Assembly: GCA_051362555.1 (NCBI GenBank)
Contig: CM120641.1
Coordinates: forward strand, 38,694,401-38,758,400
Length of the DNA: 64,000 nucleotides
Source of the DNA: Lingula anatina
Lineage: Eukaryota; Animalia; Brachiopoda
Direction: 5' to 3'
A program made the translations under genes and the position numbers. This document shows positions 55,001-64,000 of the stretch, piece by piece (the stretch's first letter is position 1; every line of letters starts with the position of its first letter). Under the pieces are notes generated by a model. That model searched no databases. It saw only the letters and a program-made list of their open reading frames with translations, and was not told where the DNA came from.

Positions 55001-56397
55001 ATAGACCTAATGCATGAAAAACATCTTGATTGATAATGTAGCATAATGTTTTAAAATGTTTGTTTTTTTTTTATACATGTATTACTTAAAATTTGTGATT
55101 CTGTTTACAGTATATAAATTCAGTAGATATTCCCTAAAAGTATCTGTGCCAAACATGTCATATATTTCATCCCAAGAAGTTGTCTAAAATTCCAAAATAA
55201 GTTTGAATTTTAAAGGCAAATCCTGAATTCATCCAATTTACCTTAAAACTGCTGACCATTCTTGGTTAATATTCTTAGCCACATCTATGTAAGGAGTATT
55301 TTTCAGTGCAAAACCAATAACTAGCATGCCTGAAAAAAAAGTACAGATTACACTTGACACAAGAAAATTACAAATATGTAAAATTTGCACTCAAAAAAGA
55401 AAATTTTAAACCAATATCTATGACTGATTTGCAAAAGAATATACAGAAGAGAATTACCAGGAAATTGACAAAAATATTGTTGTAGATACTCTTAATTGAT
55501 ACCAACAACAACAAAACAGCAATCAAATTATTTTTGTTAAAACAAACATTCAACAGCTCAAAAAAACATCAATAAAATTAAGCCTAACAACTATTTTGCC
55601 AAATGCTGAAGCTATACAATCTGTACTTGTATACCATTGGTAGGTCTCGACATGTAATTACACTTAACAAGGTTTTAATTGTATTCACAAGTTCACTTCC
55701 TACAGTTTGGGTAGAAGTTAATTTTTGGCCATGTTAAAGAATTTTCTCTAGAATAGCCAGGCTATTGTTAAAGTTATCAATCTTAGTGTTATGGCAAAGA
55801 TTGTATCCCTAAAGTACTGAGTACTGTATACCAGCTGATGTGAAAAGGGCCTATTCACAACCTACCTAACAATGCTGGGAGATGAATAAGTTCCACAGCA
55901 GCACCAGCAAGCAAACAACACACCACCAACACCACAAGTCCAAATATATTGCCTTTTGTTCCAGGTAAGGCTTGCTCTCCAGTGATCCCCCAGCAAACGG
56001 CCCAAAACAGCAACATGGCAAGAAAAATGGTTACAGCCTTTGCTAATTTACCATGTGGGGGACACATAAAGGCATAAGCACACCTTTGAGTCCTGGACCC
56101 TGATGCCCTATGTGGATGGTATTTTGTCATGCATGGCTGGCAAGTTCTAAAGCAACACTGTTTGATACTCGTATACAGAGATATGCAACAATTTTGACAA
56201 CATCCATGTACATTTTCCACTTTCTGGTGCAGCTCTTCTTCTGTTATATTATCACATTTTACTGTTTTTGAATTTTCTGCATCTAGGTCTGATATGTCAT
56301 CGAGTGTCTTTGGGGCATCTTTTGACAACATATCTGTTGTTTCTGGAATATCTTCTTCCAACTCTTGACAAGCAGGGCCATTCTGTTCCCCATCCAT
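52088..56397 (-). CDS. SLC9B2: Sodium/hydrogen exchanger 9B (NHA1/NHA2-like, CPA2 family), about 10 coding exons
   Basis: Approximate exons: 55866-56397, 55242-55330, 54824-55006, 54484-54660, 54212-54318, 53696-53860, 53349-53458, 52877-53013, 52525-52599, 52088-52246. Motifs: CPPHG, ALVVILLRAGLGLDP, GFVLGAVTPAVVVPSM, AASIDDVLAITAF (di-aspartate), FQPLLFGLIGAEI, WLPKATVQAAIGP, ILITAPVGA. The B1 versus B2 label is nominal in invertebrates. Confidence 0.93.
53120..53293. mobile_element. Degenerate MITE with CAGGGG...CCCCTG termini
   Basis: CAGGGGTGGAT / ATCTGCCCCTG inverted ends. Flanks GAATA/AAATA. In an SLC9B intron. Confidence 0.6.
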
Positions 56398-56580
56398 TTC
56401 TGTTTCTTTTTTCTCTATTATTTCAACACAGTTTAATCACGTGGATAATTTGTTCTTTTACTGGTGTATGCTGCTCTGTACATAACATCTATAATGTCTT
56501 GGTCAGTATAAGATCAAATAACTGAAACAGAAATTATTGAACATAGTCAGGTTAAGGCAGACTGCTTTGTTGGGGGCATC

Positions 56581-56708
56581 TCAATAGTCCGAAGGTTCAC
56601 TGGTCCGAAAAAACATTTTCACTGGTTTTTTAACCAAGGGTTCATTGGCCCGAAGGTTCTATCATGAACATTTGGACCATCGAACCTTTGGACTATTGAA
56701 CCTTCTGA
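56581..56708. repeat. Degenerate inverted-repeat element with CCGAAGGTTC / GAACCTTYGG subrepeats
   Basis: TCAATAGTCCGAAGGTTC is mirrored by GAACCTTTGGACTATTGA, with several internal 10-mer copies. Confidence 0.6.
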
Positions 56709-57217
56709 TGATTGCTATGGCCCCGCTTTGTATACTAGCTGGTAGCCATTTACATGAATTTTTCCAAATTGACAAATCTTGTAGGGCTAGACCCTGATTT
56801 ATGTGTGCCCAAAATGATCCCTGATATGACAAAAAAGCATTTGGGCACACACACTAAAGAAAAACAAAAATTGCTCTTCGTCGCAAATTTTAATGGGTGA
56901 CGAAAACGGGTTGTTGTGTGTTACTATCATTTATGTTTTCAACTTCAGTACAAAGTATTATCTCCCATACACGTAAACTACAGTATACATATCGTTCAAT
57001 TTCGGGATTTAAATTAAAATACCTGAAATACAGTTTGCTTTTCATAAAACAACATGTAAGGAAACCCTGTCATCTGAGTGTGTAATCACAGATGTTATGT
57101 CGACCCAATCCTGTTTCCTTTCCTCCAGACTCGCAAGATGACGAAACCACAGCTAGTTTTGTATGCCCATTCAGGTTCGACCCATGGACTTAGCATAAAT
57201 AGCATAGATTTCCATTG

Positions 57218-57253
57218 ATGACGTAATGATGACGTAATGACCCGGTCACATGA
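57218..57253. promoter_or_regulatory. Putative SLC9B proximal promoter motifs
   Basis: Tandem ATGACGTAAT x2 (ATF/CEBP-type) followed by GTCACATGA (MITF/TFE-type E-box), upstream of candidate minus-strand 5' UTR donors near 57020-57060. Confidence 0.35.
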
Positions 57254-57340
57254 ATATTAAATGAGACTAATTAAATTAGCTATACCCGGCCCCCACTTTT
57301 CAGCGTGTAACTCACAAAATATGACTTCATATTTGTCATT

Positions 57341-57707
57341 GCTGTTTAACTGCCGATTCAGGATCGCAGTGAGCTTTCCCAACTCCGTGAAGTTAAGTGT
57401 AATCTTCCCTGATAATTTTATATGTGTTTAATATTACATTTTTCAAAACTTAATGAATATGAAACAAAATACGATGTTCATTATAAACGGAGGGTGTGCA
57501 CACAAGGGAGGATTTCATGTTGTCACTGTTTAACTGCTGATTTAGGATCGCAGCATGCTTTCCCAACTCTGTGAAGTTAAGTGTACTTTTTCCTAATAAT
57601 TTTTGTATGTGTTTAATGTTACATTTTCCAAAATTTATGAATATAAAGCAAAATATGATAAATATTCTAAGCAGAGAGTGTGCTCACAAGGTTGGCGCCA
57701 TGTTGCC
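57341..57707. repeat. Diverged tandem duplication, two units of about 184 bp
   Basis: Both units read CTGTTTAACTGCYGATTYAGGATCGCAG...GCTTTCCCAACTCYGTGAAGTTAAGTGTA...GTGTGCWCACAAGG...CATGTTG. Units start near 57341 and 57524. Confidence 0.9.
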
Positions 57708-57716
57708 CATGTCCAA

Positions 57717-57932
57717 GGCTGTATTCCCAGAGCTTTTAGATCGATCTATCCCCGCGTGGGAGTCTCACTAGATTACTGTCAGATAATCCGGCTTAAATGT
57801 CCGTCCCGCCTACTACAAGCTGTAAGGGGGTAATTAACTTTTGTGTCCGCCCGGCTGATAGCTATTTAGCGTGAACCCCCAGGGAGTTAGGTCGATCTAA
57901 AGTAGATCGATCTAATCTCTGGAAATGGGGTC
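57717..57932. mobile_element. PIF/Harbinger-like MITE, family A copy 2 (216 bp)
   Basis: Near-identical to 3767-3981. Flanked by a 3-bp direct repeat CAA. Confidence 0.85.
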
Positions 57933-60284
57933 CAAGTGTTGTTACCCAGTATCGTGGATGTTGCAAGTTAAATACCAGCAGACACATAGTAGGCAAATAA
58001 CAAAAAAAAAACTAAATAAAAATTTAGGTTATAATCCATACAAATTCTATGTGAAGATCACATTTAAAAGGATAAAACAACTGATTAAAAATCCAACAGG
58101 TCACTACCGGCGCACTGCACCTGTAACTGTCAACTACTCGTCGATCTCTGGTCGTCTGCTACGGCCGGTCTGCTACCGTGCATCTGTGCCACGCTTCATA
58201 CCTTTGTCATGATTAAACAGTAGTGAGAAAACAGAATTGCAGTTAAAAGTCTTCTTTATGGATTGCTGTTGATATTTTTAAAAGAAGATTTAAATCGTAA
58301 GAAGCAGAAGCCAGCTCAATTTCTCAAGCAGAGGACGACGGCTATGGTAACGGGAACGTTCGACTTTTAGCCACACCACACCGGGCAAAAGAAACGATCT
58401 TGGAAAAGACTGTCAAGACGCACCTGCAACAAACAAAACATATGGAAGCTGTCAATTACCTTATCTTCCCCGTGTGGTAATTCGTTCACGTTAAAAAGTC
58501 GAAGACTGCTATCAATATTTTTTTATCCTTTTTAAAACTAGCTTCTGTATAGGTGGCGCTGGAGATCAGTAGGAACCAATACACACCTTTAGAGCATAAG
58601 AGTTACATTCGTCTTTGATCCATCATACACTTATTTTCCTGATAACAAACGCTAATGGTATTTAACTAACTATTAGTACTTGACCTGCTTTGCAGATTTT
58701 TAAAGGTTCACTGGTTTTCAATAAGACTGCATTTCCATAGAAATTATCAAGTTATCACATCTTTTACGCCGCAGTCCCATTTTGGACAGCGTCCAATGCT
58801 GGACATTTCGTATTATTTTCCCGATGTTTCCCCTATTGCTTAATCTACTTGATGGGATAAAGCGAACACTACCTTTTTCTGTCACACGAGCAAAATATTG
58901 CCTTTTGAACTTCAATGTAAAAACGAAAACTGACAGTGCGAGTGGCATGAAAATTGCGTGGTTGCCCAGTCCCATTTGACACAGCTTGCTCTGACAGAAA
59001 TTCAGTTTTCGGGGAAAAAACCATTAGTTGATTGATTTCATCTACGTCTGTGTATATCTCGTCACAACTCGTGGCATCATCAAACCGGTCAGTCAACAGG
59101 TCAACTTGGAAAATTCTGCAACGCACCCGCACGCGATTTGAAATCAGTGATGTTAGGCCTATATATTTACGTACTTAATAATTAGATGTAAAGATTTAAG
59201 GAATTGAAATGGCGTAGTATTGTAAACTTATGGCTCGTCTTAACCACTTTTTTTTATTTGAAGTGATTTACGTCGCAGGAGCTGTTCGGCGTGAACGCGA
59301 CGGGCATGAGAGTGGCTTGCGCGGCAGTCGTGGTTGTGTTGTTAGTCGCAACACTCAAACACGTCTTTGGAAATTTCAAAAACACGAATGTGTAGTTTTC
59401 GTGGTTATTTATTAGCACCTCTTTACTGAATGTAACTGAACAAAGTTTTCATAGGGAGTGTGCGAGTAGGTCTCAACCGATCCATCGACTAGTAAATTTA
59501 CCTACCAGCACGACAATTCATGCGTTAGCAACTTCTCTGGTATTTTAGACGAGTAAAACGAATTCGCCCAATGGGTTATTTACTGTGCATTAAATCCTAG
59601 TTTGGATTAATTGGGTCTAAAATGCTAGTAAACAGGGGCAGGTACCGGATTTCAGACTGGTGCAACCAACATGAAAGATAGAACTCCTGCAATCTGATAA
59701 TAGTAGACAAAATTTTTGAGTGCCCGCAAATGAAATCATTAAAATAATGCAGGCACAGAAATAACTTCAATATTTTTGTAACGGCTATGACACGGCCAGC
59801 CACAGGTACATGTTGTTAGAATATTATCTGACACTTAAACTGTCTCCATAAATAAAGAGTCAGAGATAACTGAAGTTATAGCCAATAGTTTATTGAGGCA
59901 AATCTCCATGCTTTTCACCAAACTTTTAAACCTGCTGTAGTAAAAAACGCTATTTCTAATTAAACAAATTTTGATTAGAAAAGGACTTGGTAGAACTGTC
60001 AAAGAGTTGCAAAATGTTTACATTCACTTTTGGAAATAGCAAAAGTTAAAGTTTCTTTCATAACTCTCTACTTCTTAAGAGCCCACTGTCACTTATCCAT
60101 CCATTGAACCAATGAACAATAATTTGTCTCCAATCAAATTATAACATCCATTCCTAAAGATTTTTCAGGGGAATTACTGGTAAAGTACTTTCATCATCAA
60201 TACACAAATGTAAAAGACAAAGACAGGTAATGACAGTATTTGATCATAAACCTCAATTTGGCTGAGGTTGGGCCTAGGAATAGT

Positions 60285-63200
60285 TTACAGTAATCTAGAG
60301 TGGTACTGTGCCACTTGCAGGTCATGCTTCACTCTATCAGCATCCAGTTGTCTGTAGTAAACATCATCCTCATCCCTGTACAGCTGCTCCTGGAACTCCC
60401 TGATCTCTGTCTCCATCTTTTTTCTGAGTTCTCCTTTCATTTTTGACAAAACCTATGAAAGAAAAGTTTAATATTTCACTGTACAACTGTATTAGTTACA
60501 CACATGCCTAAAATCGAATGGTTTTACCCATATTGTACCCATAGCAAAGTTTTCAGTTTTTAATTGCGAAGTTGCAAACCTTTCAAAATTTCAGCAAGGC
60601 CATTTATAACAATAATAATAATAATAATAAAGATAGTGCATATCATTATAAATATGACAAACATTCATATCTTAAAAGTATGTTCATCAGTGACATATCA
60701 AAGACATAATATGTCTACCTTTTCTTGGGCTTTTTCTCTGACTTGAAGTTCCTTTCTCTCCTTGGCCATAGACTCTGCTAACATTGCAAACTGGTCACGA
60801 TAACTGTTTAAAATGTTAAGGATACATGATTTTTTTTTCTTTGTAAAGCTATGCTATAAATTTCTAAATAGTACAGTACATCATATCTCATGCATTAAAT
60901 TAGATTCAATTTGTTATGTTTTTTTAATGGTGTATGCCAGCCCAGATTGAATAACAGAACTCACAAAATGGATACAAGTTTTCTAATGACTCAATTTCAT
61001 TTTGCTGGAGCCTTGTTTTTACTTCTCTTTGCTCTTTGGCATAGCTGCGAAGGTCTCTCAATCTCTCTTTCTGAATTTCAAGACCCTCCTTGAAAAGTTT
61101 CTTGAAAATCTGAAAAAATGAAAACAAATAATATCTCTCATTTAAAAAGTTCGAAAAAGGTAGGTCACAGAAAAATGAGTACAAGAGCTTGAAACAAAGG
61201 GGTTACATATGGCATACCAATGCATAAAATGAACTATTTTCCATAAAAATAAAGAAAATAAGATTACCATTTCTTCTTTTGTTCTTTTCTTCAACATTCT
61301 GGATCTCATGCGAACTTGGTAGTCATCATAATACCTTCTTGCTCTTGCAGATTGCATTCGTTTTTCTCTGATCTTAGCCTTCATAGCTTGTTCATGTGCT
61401 CTTCTTTCCTTAACCTCTTGCTGAAAAAAAGATATGTACAACATAGTAACTTTTAATTACAATAAGTGAAGAATGCTTCAGTGTCACCTGCTGGTCAGGA
61501 ATGATGCATGTGATTAATTCACAAGAAATATATACCACCATGTAAAGCTTACATTCAGATTTGGAATAATTCATTTAATAAAATATTTAAATTTCTCACT
61601 CCAAAATAATGAGGACAATATGGATGTACTTAAGTATTCAGAGTTCATCAATCGTACCATCTTTTGGTTATGAGAAAGTTCCTTTTTCATGATGTTCATC
61701 AAAACTTCTTGTCGTCTCTTTGCTTCTTCATACTTGGAAAAAAATATAACATAAATATCTTCACAACTGCTACAAATCATTTTCTTCATAAAGTAATACT
61801 TCACGAATGGAAACAACACTTTTTTATAAGTTGACAAGAAAGTATTACTTGTTTTTCTTAAAATAAATAAATAAATAAAACTGTCCTTTACCTGAGCCTG
61901 CGCAGCAGATTTTTTCCTCTTGACCTCTTGTGCTGCTTTACTCAGCTGCTCTACTTGTCTGTAACTCTTCTTCCACACATCATGGATTGTGTGTTCAGAC
62001 AGATGGATGAAGGGAAACTCTTCCAACATGAAGGGCAGAATATTATCTTCACCAACCCTGACTGGAATGGCAAATGTGCTTGATTTTAAGGTGAATTTTA
62101 GGATACAAGGTACACAAATGTCATCAGCGCACAGTATAACAGAGGATTTCCCTGAATAACAATCTGTTCATTTGATGATGCAATTTAAGTCAATTTCTAT
62201 TTTGAATCAGGCAGTGTTCAAGCACTTCTAAAAAAAGAACCAAAAGTTTAAATAAGACACTTATGTAAACAAACTCATTAACTTGAAACAATTTCCTCAA
62301 AAATAGAAAATAATCTAATCTTTTATGTTATATAATAATATATATAATAATAATAATAATCTTTATTGGGAAATCGCAACCCGAAGGTTGAAGTTATACA
62401 ATTATGTCATTTTTAATTTATTATTAAATGAAATGAATATTTAAGTCAAGGAAGCCTGGTCATTTTTGCACTGGTGCACTCTGTAGACGGTCTCACCTCC
62501 CTGGGGAGGATACAGCTTGGCTGCCATATTAGGCGCTCAGAGCTAATATATCATTTCTACACTGCCTGACCAGGCCCCTGCTTCAACCCCTTAGTGCTGA
62601 GTGCCAAGCGGGGAGACAGCAAGTACCGTTTATAAAGGACTGGTAGGTCCCCGGACGGGTTATGAACCCACGTCCTCCCGCTCCGGAGGCGGACACTCTA
62701 ACCACAAGGCCATCCGGTCGGTAATATATATATCAACTTGACTAACTGCAGAATGTACTCACGTGGGTGTCTTCTGCCAAAATCAGGACTGCATGATGCA
62801 CTTCTTTTTCTGCTTTTCTTTCCCAGCCCCTTACTGGAAGGTCTACCTCTACTTTCTCCTCCAACCACAGATGCTGTGTACTTTTTACTGGGTTTGTACT
62901 TTGAGATTTGGGGACCTATTAGCACCCCTTTTCTGTAGACTCTTTCTTTTTCTGCGGTTTTCTTCTTCATAACTTTCATTTTGTGGCCCATTACATCCTT
63001 GAATTCATCAAGGTCTTGTCGATATTGGCTATCTAAAATCTGAAAATCAAAGCTGAGACTATAAGTGAGGAATGATGATTTGAGTGTTCTAAATGCTCTC
63101 AGATTCAGATAATTCCTTTAATTATTCATCTTGAATAAACTCTGAGTAAGAATTATATTGACATAAAGATTATGGTTTTTGAAAAAAAAAATAGTGGTCT

Positions 63201-64000
63201 CTTATCATGTCTTGTTAAAGCACAATTTACAAATGAGTTTTCTTTAACCATTTGTTGAAGTATAACATTTTAGTGTGAGCTAAGACTATGGAATGAATAT
63301 CACGTTTTATCTTTTCACTCCTTCCTTACCCTTGTTCTAGTCTTTTGCAAATTGTCCTCATCTAAAATCCTACTCCTAATCCTGGCATGTGCATCTGCCC
63401 CTGAACTTAGACGGCTGTCCTGAAAACGAACTTTCTTGGATGTTGGACGCAGGGGACTGAGGTCATCAGTGGCAAATTCCCTGAATAATCATTAATGGAG
63501 AACCTTATTGATATCAACTTTAATTTCAATAGATACATCACTTTAATTCATAATGTGAAGAATGGAATGCTTATCAAAATTACTCAAGGTGGTCACTTTA
63601 TAACCTTTTTTTAAACCCCAGTTTTTTTTAAATCTGAACCAGTCTCTTCTGTACTGTTCATTCTATACTACATGAGGGATTAAAAACTTTAGAAGCTATG
63701 CGTAGGCACAATATAAATTGCTGATTGATTAATTTTTGTCAACACATGTTCAAATGATTTGTGAGGACTTTTAAAAGAAACAAAAATTCAATATTTATTT
63801 TTTTGCATATACAGCCAGTATTCATTAAAAAAATAAAAATAAAAATGTGACTCTTTGCACTGTTTAAATCTTCCATATATACCTTTCTTTAGCTGACTCT
63901 CTGTAGTCCAAAAAACTGTCACTATGCTGAGACAGTTCATCATCACTCAGGTACACCTCATCCCTGTTGGGATTAACTCTTGGGGAGATGTTCTCGATAT
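60285..64000 (-). CDS. CEP95: Centrosomal protein of 95 kDa (CCDC45), 3' portion; gene continues beyond the window
   Basis: Approximate exons: 63882-64000, 63330-63481, 62764-63039, 61892-62061, 61658-61733, 61268-61420, 60976-61109, 60719-60803, 60285-60452. Motifs [88 protein letters not shown] and [28 protein letters not shown] match my recollection of the CEP95 C-terminus. Confidence 0.88.
62450..62722 (-). mobile_element. tRNA-derived SINE in a CEP95 intron
   Basis: Minus strand begins ACCGACCGGATGGCCTTGTGGTTAGAGTGTCCGCCTCCGGAGCGGGAGGACGTGGGTTCATAACCC (Pol III A and B boxes). It continues into GGTACTTGCTGTCTCCCCGCTTGGCACTCAGCACTAAG and AATATGGCAGCC..CTCCCCAGGGAG, which resemble conserved invertebrate SINE core domains. 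The 3' boundary is approximate. Confidence 0.8.

Noticed and set aside
57170-57190. GGTTCGACCC B-box suggesting a tRNA
   Set aside because: No matching A box or cloverleaf in the flanking sequence.
62650-62722. tRNA gene
   Set aside because: The acceptor stem does not close and the sequence continues into a SINE body, so it is annotated as a SINE head.

Overview
AT-rich, intron-containing animal genomic DNA, probably a lophotrochozoan such as a mollusc (inferred from gene structure, repeat types and peptide similarity). There are no prokaryotic features. Six recognisable genes are present: the 3' end of ferrochelatase (+), a complete DCST1/sneaky-like sperm fusion gene (-), ZSWIM8 (-) head-to-head with RPS14 (+), an SLC9B/NHA Na+/H+ antiporter (-), and the 3' part of CEP95 (-). 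Two small secreted-product genes are split by introns and so are invisible or fragmented in the ORF track. The first lies in the apparently empty 8.5-30 kb interval and encodes a 99-aa prepropeptide (signal-peptide exon 13981-14056 plus exon 22056-22279). It would release GACISNCVGSAGLTHAQCRDLC after a KR site, a CxxxC-x10-CxxxC helix-loop-helix peptide resembling framework-XIV conotoxins such as vil14a; it is a candidate endogenous neuropeptide or hormone. The second encodes a 156-aa secreted protein with two tandem 4-Cys modules (50831-51834). Other observations: a probable U12-type intron in CEP95, a GC-AG intron in ZSWIM8, duplicated hairpins plus a 17-nt copy of exon sequence in RPS14 intron 1, overlapping FECH/DCST1 3' UTRs, several MITE families and a tRNA-derived SINE. 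Exon coordinates were derived by eye, and homology calls are from recall, not from searches.
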